Assembly (NCBI GenBank): GCA_026770705.1
Contig: JANJGN010000041.1
Location: forward strand, 1,736,001-1,800,000
DNA: 64,000 bases
Source of the DNA: Isurus oxyrinchus
Taxonomy: Eukaryota
Direction of reading: 5' to 3'
Below are positions 40,761 through 54,349 of the stretch, piece after piece (positions within the stretch are counted from its first letter, which is position 1; each line of letters opens with the position of its first letter). The translations under genes and the position numbers were made by a program. The notes under the pieces were generated by a model, which was not told the DNA's origin, made no database searches, and saw nothing but the letters and a program-made list of their open reading frames with translations.

Positions 40761-42249
40761 GGAAAGACGAAAGAAGAAGAGATTCTTTTTTTAGTGCCAG
40801 TGGGATCAGTTCTGTAAAGCCGGCACATTTAATGCTACATGGGTTGAACTGGGGGCCACTGTCATCGGTCGTGATAGGTGTTTAGGCAGTGACGGTGCGG
40901 CATGGGAATAGGGACACATGTACAAGCTAATTCGCTTTGCTGTGAGGCGGGCTTCATGACCCTCTGCTGTAGCCGATGTGAAAGCTTGAACTTAAGCGCC
41001 AGCTGAGAACTCATTTATACTCAAGCTCCATCTTGGTTAAAGGGATTTTTCCATATCCTCAAAATGACATCATCTAAAAATAGCGAGTGTTTGTGCTGCT
41101 GGGCGATATCGGACGCCTTGTAGAATTTTAATAGATGATATTAGTGGAGACTGGGTAAATCCACATTAACTAAAATGCTATTAATTGCTGTTTATTTAAA
41201 GTGCCCTGATCTGAAGTGATGGACTTGTATTTGGAGATGGTTTTAATGTTTATGGGAGAAAATTAGGGTGATGGTGTTCAGCGTACTTCAGAAAGCTGTT
41301 AGTTGAATGGATGGAAATGCTCGAAGTGCGAAATAGATACCAAGTGTTCTAAACCATATCGATATAAGGTAGCTCCTGTGAAATATGCTCACCTCCATTA
41401 GGTTCAGTTGCAATAAAGACTATCTGTGCTCCAGTTATCTCATGTGTGTCTCTGAGGTGCTCAAGAGAGAATGTGCAAATCTTTGTTCTTGGTACTTGGA
41501 TTTCTGGTGCTCTACCAGCACAGATGCTGTTTATTAGAACTGAGCAGGTATTATGTATTTACTAATAGCATGCACGCAATGAAGATTGCCTCCACTTTGA
41601 GCATGATAAAGACGGAGTCACCTAAGCTAGTTACTTGCTAATCAACAGAGAGACCGATCTGTGTAATGATTGAACAAGTGAAAGTTTAAAATAATTGTTA
41701 ACGACTTATAATTTCAGAGCCAATCTGCAGAGAAGAGGGCCATTTAGCCCATTAAGCACCTCCTGGATCTTTGAAATTGCTGCTCAATTCTCCCCACTCG
41801 ATCTCTCCACTTTCCCCATTGCTCTGCCATTGCTCCTTTTTTAGTTCAATGACTTCCACACCCCTCATTTGCGATTCAACATTGCACCTTCCTCCATTAC
41901 CCTTTCAGGAATCCCCTTACATGTCACATGGACAGATTGTGTATAGATAATTTTTCCGCAGCTCCCATCGGGTTATCTGCTTATTACCTTCAATCTGTTT
42001 CACCCGATCTTCCAAAAACCCACACTGATTGCCACTATTGAAAGAAATGTGTATTTCTCCCTTGGGGCAGATATTGTTCATTTGACCAGCATCAGCAAAA
42101 CAGATTACCTGATTATTAACTGGCTGATGAATTTTCTTGCTTGAAGGATTAACGACAGCAACTCATTCTATCTTCAGAGCTCAGGGGCAGCCCAAGGACT
42201 GGAATGGTCCACAGGAATTTATCGAGTTCACATGTTCATTTTCTGCATT

Positions 42250-42555
42250 TTGCGTCATCACTGTCTCTCTTTCTATTTCTCATCTCTTTCTGTCGTTATC
42301 CTTTGTTCTCCGTATGCCCTCTAGCTCAGCCTCTCCTCCTTTCTGCTCCTCTCTCTCTCACATTCTCGCTCTGCATCTTCCTCGCTACGCTCTCTCCCTC
42401 TCCCTTCACTCACTTTCTATTTCTCTTTCATTTGATGATTCTATTTTGCTCTGTCTCGCTCCTTGTATATTCCACCGTTTTTTTTTTCTTTCTCGTTGCT
42501 CCATCTTATTCTCCAGCTTCCTTTCAAGCTGTATCTCTGTCTCTCTCTTTCCCTA
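42250..42555. repeat. CT-rich low-complexity tract
   Basis: Degenerate ctctct/tttc runs that give spurious S/L/F ORFs. Confidence 0.75.
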
Positions 42556-43588
42556 TATTATCACCTGGACCGGATAGGTAAATATTTGTAATTTTAACAC
42601 GTTTTCTGTTTGTTAAATATTTGCCTCGAAACGGGACTGAGCTGTCACAATTAGCTCTCCTCCCTGGCACCGTTCAACAAGGTCCGTGGAATGAGCTGAA
42701 TATAAAGCAGCAGCTCACTCACTCTCTGAGGGGCAAAGCACAAACTACCAATGCTAACTATCATATTCAATCATTTTAATTTTTCAATTACATATGGACG
42801 TTCTCTGAGCCGAATAAATATAAGCAGGTGAATATACGAACTCAAATATTTGATAATTAGAACGAGGCTATGAACGTTTTGTCATTCAGGGGACGTGAGT
42901 GTCGCTGCATCTGCCATCAGATTTTATTGTCAAGCACTGTATACCATTGAGAGTCTGTTGGTCAGCCTCCTTCCTGACCACTGCAGTCCATATTATTTAT
43001 GTACAACGGACGTGCTGTTCAGGAATGTGTATTCAAGGGCCTGGAAGATGTCCCTGGTGTTCAGCATCAGAAACTGTTTTATTCATCGTCTCCCATTCTC
43101 TGTAGCTAGGCCCAGTGAGTTATTCACAATTTTATGAGTTCACGCAGAGATTCAGCCTCCTCCACCCCTCTAGTCCCTATGTACACTTCCCTCCACCAGC
43201 ACACCGTCCTGAAATACCCCAATTTCCTTCCGCACACCGGTGCCTCATGAACTTCCGAAACTGTTCCCCATTTCCTTTCCAACCTGCACCGCTTTTCATT
43301 TCCTCTAACCAGACCCTCGACCGAAATGTTCTCTCACTGCTTCAGGTTAAATGGGCTAGTTGGACCGAATGGCCTGTTGTGACGAAATCACTACGAATGT
43401 CCCTATTACAAAGTACTCCAGTGGTGGGCATTGGCTGGAGACGAAAGTCAACTCATTTTTACAGGAGAGGGTAAAAATGTTGAAGTTGTCCAAAATGCAC
43501 TGTGTCTACAATTCTTTGCATGTTGACCAGCTGAGCTTTGGTTACCATGGATATTTGGAGCACTTTGCCAATTTGTTTAATATTTGCT

Positions 43589-43961
43589 TGTAACACGGAT
43601 CTGACCAGGTTAGGCAGTTGCCATCCTGCCTGCCTGTATTGAACAAGGTGTGACGATCTGGAATTAATGACAAACCCCAGGATGGGATCCAGCTGCTCAC
43701 TGCCAGTGTGTGTTGTCAATACACAGACCGCCCACTCTTGAGTCTCCTAATTTTGCTTTTTGCAATCGATACACACGGCGGGCTGGTGCTATGCTAACTT
43801 TGACCAATGGACGACAGGCGGCTCAGGTACCGGTCACGATCATTTATTCCAGTAATTGCGAGGACAGAAGCATCTCTAGGCATCATGCACTAACATGCAG
43901 TCAAACTGCAATCATGCAGCGTATTTTATACATTGCTGATCCCGTACAAGAAGAATATTCA
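43589..43961 (-). mobile_element. Putative 3' LTR of an env-bearing retroelement
   Basis: On the minus strand, the purine tract gacaagaaggggat (43963-43976) is followed by TG at 43961, and the segment ends ...gatccgtgttaCA at 43589. It lies downstream of the env-like frame. Confidence 0.6.
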
Positions 43962-44490
43962 AATCCCCTTCTTGTCAGAATATATGTTATGTCATACATG
44001 CTCTTTGACACCGGCAGACAACTCACCCCTATCCTGGCTGGGACCAACTTTAGTTTCCTTTTCGGTTGAAAGGATCACTTCATCTATGTTGTTGTCAGCC
44101 TCTGCCTCCAATCAGGATCCCAAAGCCTTACTGTTTTTTGCAGGCTCTAAGACTTTGCAATATTCATCTGGTAACTTTAACTGTTAATGTGCTAGATAGC
44201 ACCGGATGCATGACGTATTCAAATAATCATTCACTTTCAATACATTCTTCCTGCATGACCCCTAAGAATCACCAATACTGGGTCGTTGCCTAGCCCGGAT
44301 TCGACAAATACATTTGTACTGTCCGTCCCTTTATGTACCAACACACATTGATACTGGCCACTAATACAGCTTTGCATTAAAAATTTTGACGGTCAGGTCG
44401 GCTGTATCATCTGGTCCTACACTTGAGGTCTCAGATTTGTTAAACTTCTTCTCCCCCTTCTACATGCCTCCAGCTCCTCTTCTGTGACCC

Positions 44491-45725
44491 TCAGTCACGA
44501 TGAATCAGGTAGGTAAAATATATAATAGTTATCAGCTGAATCAGAACCAGTGCATGGGAAATAATCCAAATACACGGGTGCATTTGTACATTGGAGCCTC
44601 AATTCCACCGTTACGGTGAGGAGGAATCTACTTGCTCTATATCCTCTTTTGACACTCTAACCCGTTTACAGTAAGTTCAATACATCTGCAGAGCTTGTCT
44701 CCGAATCGGGGTTAGGTGCTCTGGCAGTTAATATATTATCATATGAGAACTGATTCAAATACCGTACCGGGTTATCGTTATGGCTTTCCATGACCTGGGT
44801 ATTAGTCCATCCTCTCTTGTATATTTAGAGCAGTTGTACATTTCCCAGGCTTGCCGGCACCTGCGGGTGTAGGGACAACAATTGATTATGGATGGATCAC
44901 ATCAAGTTACCCCAATACTGGATCATTTGCTGCCACGCAGTGATACAATATCTCCTATTCCCCATGTATGCAACATGGGTCGGTTTTTTTGCAGCCCATG
45001 CAGTTTCCATTATACAATTTGCTGCTGCTTTGAATTCACACTTTGTTTCTTCCATCTCATATATTGGATGAGCACATACAAAGGCTGTGCTTTCGAAACC
45101 GCGCCCTTCTAATATTGTGCTAACTATATTCCCTTGTATGTCAACTGCTTATGGCAGAATGTCATGTTGCCTAACATAATAGTTTCCCCACATCACCCCA
45201 ACATGTTCGGCTCAATACAATGTTCTGCTGGGTGTTGACGTAGGTATAACAGGTATCACTAAGTCAATGCCAATTAGCATGTTACAATTCACAATGCATT
45301 CAACATTCTTTCTACATACACGTGTTAAACCTCTGAGCTGGCACACAGCCAAGTCATGATTTCTATGTCGTGGATGGTTAAATAAAAGTTCATTGGTTGC
45401 CCATGAAGCAACTCCATCTTCATTAATCTCTTAAATTCAGTCGGGCTTGTTCCAGTGTACAGGGTCCATTGGTCCTGCAGACATAACTACTGTTTGCTTA
45501 ACCTGAAATATGTTTTCCTTTACTGTTAAATTTATTGATAGACCACGCATGACCTTCGAGCAAGTTAGCCATGTTATGAATTAACTGTTTCATGTCATGG
45601 CCTGTATTAAATTGGATGTCGTGAAATCCATGTCCCCGCTTAAAATTTCCTTTAGCTGGGAGATCAAGGATTGGACAATTTTGTCAACAGTTTACAGGTC
45701 AGTGTACTTAACACAGAAGCTTCCC
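44491..45725 (-). pseudogene. Endogenous viral envelope remnant, class I fusion (F-like, lokiretrovirus-type) glycoprotein
   Basis: Manual minus-strand translation across about 3 frameshifts and several stops: DL*TVDKIVQSLISQLKEILSG..KQLIHNMANLLEGHAWSINK (HR1), LVIPVIP...LY*AEHVGVMWGNYYVRQHDILP, FVCAHPIYEMEETKCEFKAAANCIME...HVAYMGNRRYCIT (Cys-rich core), IRRQALQMY*TYCKRVRVSKEDIEQV (HR2), RWN*GSNVQMHPCIWIISHALVLIQLITIIYFTYL (TM). Confidence 0.7.
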
Positions 45726-47060
45726 CACTGAAGCATTCTGAAGTTTCTATCCATTTGAGTAATAAGGCGGTATTATTCTTCCAACCAAAATGCATAAACT
45801 CACTATTCTCAATATTAAACAACATCTAGCAAATGTTGTCCCATTCACCTTACTTGTCCATATCCATTTGTAAATATCTTATATCTTCATTACAACTTAT
45901 TCCCCACCTATTTTGGAATTATCTGTAATTTTAGCTATTGTACATTCTATCCCTCAACCAAAGTCATTCATAACGATTATGAATAGTTGGGCCCTAGGAC
46001 CGAACCCATTGGAAACCCAATAATTACAGCTGGTGTTCGGGAAAAAAAGAACCATTTACCCAAACTCCTTTCTTTCTGTTGGTTAGCCAATCCTCTCTCC
46101 AAGCTAATATAATACCCATGACTCCATGCGATGTACCTTGTGAATTAATCTTTTGTGCAGCTTCTTTTCAAAGGCCTTCTGCAGTGCAGAAATACAACAT
46201 CCACAGTATCTCCATTATCCACTTTGTTTGTCACATGTTCCAAAAACTGTAGCAAATTACCCAAACACGAGTTAATTTCATAAAAAAATGCTGACTCTGT
46301 TGGACTTTATTTCGACGTTCCAAATGCCCCGTTAGTAATTCCTTAATAACTGTTTCCAACAATTTCTAAACGATAGATATTAAACTGGTTTAGAGCTTCC
46401 TAATTTCTGCCTCCCCCAATCCTTCTGAATAAGGTCATTATATTAATATTGTTCCAATCCAGTGCAACCTTTTTGGAATCCAGGGAATTTTGGAACGTAA
46501 TTACCAACGCATTCACTATTTCTGCTGCCACATCCTTTACGACCACTGGATTTAGGTCAACAGGTCCTGGGGACTTGTCACCCTTTAATCCAAAATGTTT
46601 GCTCAGTACGTTTTCTCTAGTTATGGTCATTGTTCTAGGTTCCTGCATCTCTATTCCCTCTGCTCTGCCTGTTACGATTGGTGTGGCAGTAGTTTCCTCC
46701 GCCGTGAAAATTGAGGCAATATATTGAGACTAAACATATAGTGCCTTTTCTATGTTCCCCACTGTTAACTCTCCAGTCCTACCATCCAACTGACCAACAT
46801 TCGCGTTTGCTACACTATTTATTTTTATATACTTTTGGAAGAATTTGATATCACTTTTTTAATTTTGCGCTAGTTTACTTTCATAGTTTTCCTTTGTTAT
46901 TTTTATTAACTCTTTGTTCGTCTTTATAATGTTCCAAATCTTCCTGCTTGTCACTTTCCTTTTCCACTTGGGATGCCTTAATTTTGGATTTTGTGTTGCC
47001 TTTAACTTCCTTGCTTAGCCCTGAAAGATTTTTTTCCCACTCTTACCATCATTCTTCCTC
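45725..47060 (-). mobile_element. CR1 LINE ORF2/RT fragment
   Basis: ORF 46400-46648 ITRENVLSKHFGLKGDKSPGPVDLNPVVVKDVAAEIVNALVITFQNSLDS..DW..NI..LF, with downstream FEKKLHK.L, GF.MGSVLGP.LF..YMND and ADNSKIGG motifs. Confidence 0.88.
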
Positions 47061-47574
47061 ATTGGAACGATTGTTCTCTTTATTTTTGCGATTTGGCCAA
47101 GGCATTTTTGATAATGGTATTTGCACACATTTTTGTGACTGAATGTGCTGTACAGGTTGGTTATTGTTTTACATAATTAGTCTGATCGTTTTAAACCGAG
47201 TAGGGATGAAATGTACCCTTGGCTCCTGCTATGCTGAATCAGTTTTGATTTGTTTTCCCCAATGTTTTTCTCTTCCCGGTAAATTAGTGATGCTTTTGTT
47301 CCTGACACGAAGAAATATTTATCCCTCAAATTGTATTATTTGCTACCAGAATTGAATGGCAGATACCGAATTCCTGGACGTCATATATGTTCCGAAATTA
47401 AGGGGAATTTGTCAGGCGAAATTCCCAGATTTATTTGTGTGCAATATTGGCATTCATTGTGTTTCTCTCTTTCTGTTTAAATAACAATCACATTTTTTTG
47501 CATCACGGTCGCATTTATCAATGATCCGTCAGCGGATATTTATTGCAAGAAGCATTTCTACCCTTCATGATCTT

Positions 47575-47870
47575 ATCTTTCTATCCATCTATCCATCCAC
47601 TCATCTATCTATCTATCCATTTATCTATCTATCTATGTATTTATCTATCTATCTATCTTCTCCATATCTATCAACCTATCAATACATTTCACTCTCATAC
47701 TCTCTTGCTCTTTCATTCACACGCTCCATTTCTTGCTCGTTCTGTCTCGCTCTCTCTCTCTCTCCCACGTACAACTCTCTTTTCTAATCAGTGTATTCAG
47801 TTGGATATCTGTCTATCTGTGCATCTATATGTCTGCCTATCTGTCTGTCGGTCTGCCTGTCTAACTATCA
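47575..47870. repeat. (TCTA/TCCA)n, CT and TCTG microsatellite cluster
   Basis: ctatccatctatccatcc...atctatctatct, followed by ctctctct and tctgtctgt runs. Confidence 0.88.
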
Positions 47871-48799
47871 TGATGATTGATTCTCCCGGGACTTCACCAT
47901 GTGAGTACGTGGCAAAAAAAAAGTGGCAGTCTGTTATCACTTGTGACATTAGATCAAGTCAATATTTGCACAATCGATTGCCAAATGCTGCATACAATGC
48001 CCGTTCAGGTGGAATTAATTAACTTTGCCCTCTCTTCCTTGTCTTTAGGTCACTTGACTCAGTTCTCCACAAATGCCTAAATCATTGGATGATTCCTCTA
48101 TTTGGTTGTGCCAAAGGTTTTCTTATTTCGTTCAGAATCATGTTTTCAAATATATCCTTTCCTGTGGCGGGGATGTTGTTAGATGGACCACAAGTTATTG
48201 CCAGATCCAAATTGCCCTTGAAAAGGCGGAGGTGCCCTACATTCCAGAAATTCTATATTTCATCTGATTGACGTCAGTGGCATTCCCTCAGTACCTAGAA
48301 AAAAGTTCGTCAGGCTCAGTGTGAATTCAGATGACTGAGGAGTCCCATTCTGGATCTACATGTTCTTGATAAAGACGGGCACATTTTTTTGTGCTGGAGA
48401 TTTGAAATCAAAGGTCACTTCTCCATGCTGTGCTTTGGCCGTTCCACCACTCTTGAGCCGCTGAGACTCGAAGCGGTTTTCGATTTGATGCACTGGATGA
48501 TTCAGGCCGAGTGATCAGCAGCATTCTCCTCCCGCCCCCTGGTTTTAAGACATCCGTGCATTAGGAAAAACTGGAGATTATACAAACAACGTTCTCTTTG
48601 ACCGCCCTTTGGACGAGGACTGCTAAGTGGTAGATGCAAGTATGGAAACGCAACCCTTTCCTGAAACATGTGCCCTACAACCGCCAGATGTCTGCTGCAT
48701 TTGTACAGGATTTTGGCTGGGTGCCTGTGGCATCAGAGCCTTGCCAAGTCACCAATCCTCCATGCCTACAGGGCTTTTCACCTGAAGCATGGTTGTAAA

Positions 48800-51200
48800 C
48801 CCATATGTTAATACCAGGATTTCGGTGTGCCGTGTCTATGCTTCAAACGATGCAGGCACACCGGGATGCTTTTAGCAATGTAGTGTCAGGGTCCCATGTA
48901 TTGGGATCCAACTTGCAATCTCTGAGCTTAGTTTTCAGATTTCAGACATCCTCTAGTGGAGCTTCCTGTGCTCACCGAGTGTGGCGTGTTTCTACGTACG
49001 TATTTTCCAGATGAACAGCATGACCTAGCCAGGGAACCGGGGCTCTAACGAACATACTTTTGATATCATGCTTGCTGCACTTTGCAAGTTCATTGGTTTT
49101 GCGGATTTTCTCCTGCCAGGAACCGTTGGAAATTCTTCACAGACAGTGATGTTTGAAAGTTTTCATTAGCTTTCTATGTGGCCGAAAGGTTATGCAAGTC
49201 TCGCAATAATATAGAAGTGATATAATAAAAACTGCCTGGAAGGGCTTGATCTTCCATCCGAGGGAAGATTCCATGTTCTCTTTGCCGAAGTCAGTGAGTG
49301 AATGCTGTCAAGTGCCGAGCTTGTTTTTGTCAGTTGGTGTGTAATTTGCCCATCCAGTTAGTGGCCTTGGAGTCCATGTGGCCAAGTGAGAAAAACGTGC
49401 TTAATGAACAAAGTGGTGCATTGCTCAAAGCGGCTGTGGTATCTTGGAGCACGTGACCAGCAACGGTTTAATGCAGCATCTCTATCCTTAGTTATATTGT
49501 CAAACGAAAACATTCTGTGTTTCCCGCAACGCCCTGAGTACACAGCTGAATGTCTCTGGATACTGACGTATGAGAGCGCATTTTTCCACGAATACGACTT
49601 CCCTCTGTAGCTGCCCAGCAGCCTCTGTGCAAGGTTTTATTCTTGGCTCATTCAAAAGGCTGCCGGTGGTCCTGAAATGAATCGATAATACTTTGTCAAG
49701 TTGTTTGAGTCCATGCTTGGACAAAGACCTACAAATATATGACAAACAGAGCTGGTGATATTAAACAGCATTATTTGGCACTGCAAGTGATATGCAAAGG
49801 GTTCACACAGACCAAACAGTTTGTATCCCTCTGATCATGACGCCTTCATCATAGAGCGAATGACACTGACCATCTGTTCAGTGCTGTCGCATATTCCTAG
49901 CTGTATTGGATAGTTTATTGAACAAGAAGGGAGTCTAGGTTGTGTTTTGTGAGGGAGTTGGACGAGGGGGCGGATATACGGCGCTGGTTGGGGAAGAACA
50001 GGCAGGAGAGCGGGTCTGAGGACACAATCAGAAAAACCATGATCTTTCCGAATTACAGGACAGGCTCAAGGGGCTAAATGACCTACTGAACTTTACTATT
50101 CTGTTTTTGGTGTTTGGTTGAAATGCAGCCCACACCAAAGGTGGAGGAGCCATCGATTTTGGTTCATTGTAATCAGTGTATCTATCTTCTAATGATTGTC
50201 TTCAGACTAGATTTGAGGGCCAAGACTAAAATGTTCAGCGCGGAATGCCGTCCCAGCGATGCACTCTACATATCCGATTGTTTTATTCAAGTAATTGTTT
50301 TTCATTCAGTTGAATCATCACTCTGGTTGGACTATGTGAGTGGGTGAGCAGGAGGATTGGATGACTCGGTGAATTGTTACTGGGGCTGTATAGGGTCGGA
50401 ATGCCTTGAAAGCATTATGTTGAAATATTTTGTTTGAGAAAACAAAGGCCTTCTTCATACAGTATTTATTGAACATCAAGTCACCACCAACACCAACCTT
50501 CCAGGTTGAACGTTTGCGGTTATAATTTCCAGGCAGAATGGTGCAAAGTTATGTGCAATGGAAAAGAATTTCGGTCAAGTCACTGACGGAAGTGTCAGTG
50601 CTAGAGGAATCCATGGAAAGATCTGGGAAGCGCATGAGTTCCCTCTGGAAGTTTAAATGTCACAGACAAACATCACACATGTGCCCTGCTGGGAGATAAA
50701 ATTTGTCCCGAAAAACATGACAGTGGTGAACATTTGAAATTTCCCGCACTACCTCTCCTGACAGTTGAGGCCGATTGAGTTTCCTCGAATCATTTTGAGC
50801 TACATTAGTAAAGATTAGATTTCCAATATCCCTCCGTGGGTAAAGCATTTCCCACCGTGATTATCCACTATGGGATCTACCAGCTGCTCGTTAAAATATA
50901 GCCCCTTCAATTGTATTGACCACAAACATCATTCGAATGTTCGATGTTTCATTTCGAAACGGTTCCTTTTTGAAACAGAGCGACTGACGTAACCTGTTTG
51001 TTCAGTGACTAAAACTAATTGATTTCTTTAGGGGACATGAATGCTCTAATGGGGATTGATCTGCTGCTTATATAACAGTTTCGCTGAATGTCAAATTTCA
51101 TGTTTTGCAACAGGCTCGGTGTATCGGTTTCAACGTGAGTTAGCTCCTCTTACAGTGAATATAATTTGTTGTACTTCATAAGATACGATCCATTTTCAAA
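48800..51200 (-). mobile_element. Decayed RTE-clade LINE, interrupted by a CR1 tail near 49930-50100
   Basis: Minus strand reads QAVFIISLLYYCETCITFRPHRKLMKTFKHHCL*RISNGSWQEKIRKTNEL...PWLGHAVHL, matching the RTE/BovB C-terminal LLY.CETW..Y.RH...FH.RCLR.I..I.WQD...W.GHV.RM. Confidence 0.7.
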
Positions 51201-51719
51201 CCCATACTCGAAGCTGTCATTTCCCGATGTACGTTTATGAACATGCTCTCGGACTAACAATATCAATTTCTGTCCTTCTTTCGATTCATAGATGAGGGAA
51301 ATGCAGGCATGGCGAGCATTTATTGCCCATCTTTAATTCAACTTGTGAAGTGGGTGGTGAGCTGCTGCAATCTTTGTGGTGTAGTTACATCCACAGTATT
51401 ATTAGGGGGAAATCCATTAATTTGACAAAGAGACAAAATGGTAGCGGCCATGGGTTTGATTAGTTAACTGAAGGGCTTCATATTGAGTAAAGGTAACAGC
51501 TGTTCTCTGTCCCCTGCCAGGAATGATGTCATGCTAGTTTTTCCCTGATGCTCTAGAATAATTAATGTGACATCTCCTTCCGAAGCTCTTAGATTTTAAA
51601 GTGTTTCTCCTGTTTTCCTGAGATAAAACTTAAAGAAGAAGAGGATTTTTACGTTTCAGCTCACACGTTTATTTCTTCTTGTGCACCCATCTCTGTAGGA
51701 AAGACATCTCCTTAAAAAG

Positions 51720-51789
51720 ATGGGTGAACTGATACTTCACCAGCTAGAAGCGATTTATTATCCTGTTCTCGCGGCTATTGGGGTTCCTG
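51720..51789 (+). CDS. GPR139/GPR142-like class A GPCR 2, coding exon 1
   Basis: MGELILHQLEAIYYPVLAAIGVP-G, followed by donor gtaaga at 51790. The phase-1 G plus TT at 60059 gives Val-Asn. A pyrimidine-rich acceptor ctctgtag at 51698 suggests an upstream 5' UTR exon. Too short to appear in the ORF track. Confidence 0.85.
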
Positions 51790-54349
51790 GTAAGAGCTTT
51801 AATGCAATCATTACCCGTATAAATGCATGTTGACGTTCTTCTCAAGTGCTGGTTCTGATAACATGGAATCGTTTCTTTACAGTTGGGGACACATGAAAGC
51901 AGGGATGTAAGTTTAAACATAACTTTAAAAGATTTCTTACTGTTGCTGTATCTTTCACTCAGGCGTCTCCACTGCCAACACCTTATTCACGGAATGTCTT
52001 GAAACAGAGTGGGCTCTACAATAGATATCATAATCAAGTGCAAACCGAGTTTGAACTAGTAGAAAACCCAATCTGTGAAAATCTGTGCAGAGGCAATTTA
52101 TCATTCTGCAAGTTCCTGCGTGAAATACTTGAATGCTTTGCTAATGCTCTTCATCCATTTCCCAATAGTTAAAGGGACAGGATCACTGTCAAATCGCATA
52201 CTTATTGCCACAGCGATACTTTTACAAATCTGGATTCAAAGAGGATATCTGGAAGTCTGGGTGAAACAGATTCCGTTTGTGCAGAAGGCATTTGGATGTT
52301 TTAGTAACCTGTCTATTGAAATGCATGTATTTCTAGAGCCTCCTTTATCGAACTTAATGAATGTATTTGAAGTGCAGTCAACGAAGTGACGCAAAAGTTG
52401 ACAGGCAATTTCTGGTGGAGAAGCTTCTACAGGCAGCAAGTTTACAATGAGCTGATTATCCGTTTTTGGGCTTTGGCCGAGGTTCAAATAGTGCTCAGGA
52501 CACAAGGGGCTACGACAATGTTGTTCTTCGAAATAGGGGCATGGAAACTTTGAAAATAACTGCGAATCGATTAGTCATGTGTTACAAAAGTTATTATAAC
52601 CCATAGTGCAGAACTACTTCACTACAGCAATGGAGCATTAGCAGGGAATTTTCAGTGAGGGTGCTAACTGAGACATACGTGGTCAGATTTTGGAAACCCT
52701 ATGCACCCTGAGTAGTAATCTGGTTATCATTAATATGCTCATTTCAATTTCTAGCCCTCCACTTCCTGTTGTTGAAAACCCTGCTTCCAAATCTAACTGA
52801 TTTACATTGAGGATTAGTGTAAATTGATATTAAGCATTGCCGGAATCCCCTGTGGCTTTGGCAAACCCACATTGCCATGTTACATGGTGGCGCTGACAGA
52901 GGGACATTGGAGCATAGGAAATTCGAGTATGAGTTGACCATTTGGCCGCACGACGGTGCTCCACTACTCAATTATATCATTGCTTAAATTATGCCTCCAC
53001 GACATTCCTCGCACTATCTCATATCTTTGGACGCATTTACTATTGCGAAATCAGTTCATTGACACATTCAACATACTCAATGATTGCCAATCCACGGAGG
53101 TTGCAGTACATAATTTCGAAAATTTACCCCTCCCTGAGTGATGAATTCTCCCTAGACCAGTTCTAAATGCAGACCTCTTATTCTGATATTGCTTTTCAGG
53201 GTTTTAGGCACCCCCAACAGGGGAACAATCCAGGCAAATCTACACCAACGAAATTTATAAGAACGATGGATGCTTCAGTGAGATCAATTTTCATGTGCCA
53301 ATGCTCCAGAAAGCAGAAGATGAGTCTCGTCAATGTCTCCACATAGGACAATCCCAGCGACCTTAATGTAATCCAAGAGGTAATGTGTTGAACATTCCTT
53401 GTCGCAGAGCTACAACAGCACCTAATGAAATCCACACAAAAGTGGCAAAGTAGATGCTTTACTGGAAGCACGAACATCACCATAAACATTCCACATGAAT
53501 ATTGCAGATTTGGGTAATCGCTGGCTTGGGGTTACAAATTATTCTTATGCACAAATCAGCTAACGCTGATGGTCCACAGTGCCTCGCGAATGCCCTGTTT
53601 TGAGTGGTTTATCAAGGTGAATTGTACGCCATTTAGCACAATGATTGTCTCACAAAATACAATCGAGAGAAGCCCTGATGTGAAGGCGGAATTTGTCTGA
53701 ACAAGTACCGTGCGGCGGTTATTCCTATTAATCCTTTAATGAACAGATGCACCTGTGGTGGGTATGTTGGTGGACCGAATTTACATAGGGTTTTGCACCT
53801 GCGTTGTTCCCTGATCATCTGCCAAAGACCCAGTCTAGCATTTACATTTATGGACTGGCCAGCTCGAAAATTAATGGCTCAACCGATCCTCTCTTGCTCA
53901 CAGACATCGAGGTCCGCATTGTGAAGCATTTTTCTTTCCCTGTCATTCCCCAAAAGATCATCGATCCATCCACTGAGGGAAAAGGGAGGTGGTCAGCAGG
54001 AGGGGATATTCTTTGCCCATGTGTTTCATGATGTCATGAGATTTCATTAAATACCACGTGCTCTCAAGGATATGAAAAGTGATGCACACTGAAAGTGTTG
54101 CAAAATGGTATTTAGGAATCAGTAATTCAATTGAGCAATACCGAGAAATTCACATGATATTTCACCGTTTAGATCAGACAATTTCACTCAGATGTTTGCT
54201 GATGATTCATAAGAACTTTAAAAGCTTTAAGAGGAATTACTCAGATAAGGATAAACATCTTGAATCATTAAATCTACGGAATGATTGCAAATCAAACTGT
54301 CTGCTTTGTCTTGGAATAAGTCAATATTGTTGAATTATATTAGAGCGTA

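Noticed and set aside
43690-43740. Retroviral integrase C-terminal look-alike (VLTTHT..WI)
   Set aside because: It lies downstream of env and the PPT, inside the putative LTR, so the order is wrong; probably a chance match.
47100-47480. Possible upstream continuation of the env-bearing element or a protease motif beyond the CR1
   Set aside because: Only a weak FFVSGTKAS resemblance to FLVDTGAS; I could not support linkage.
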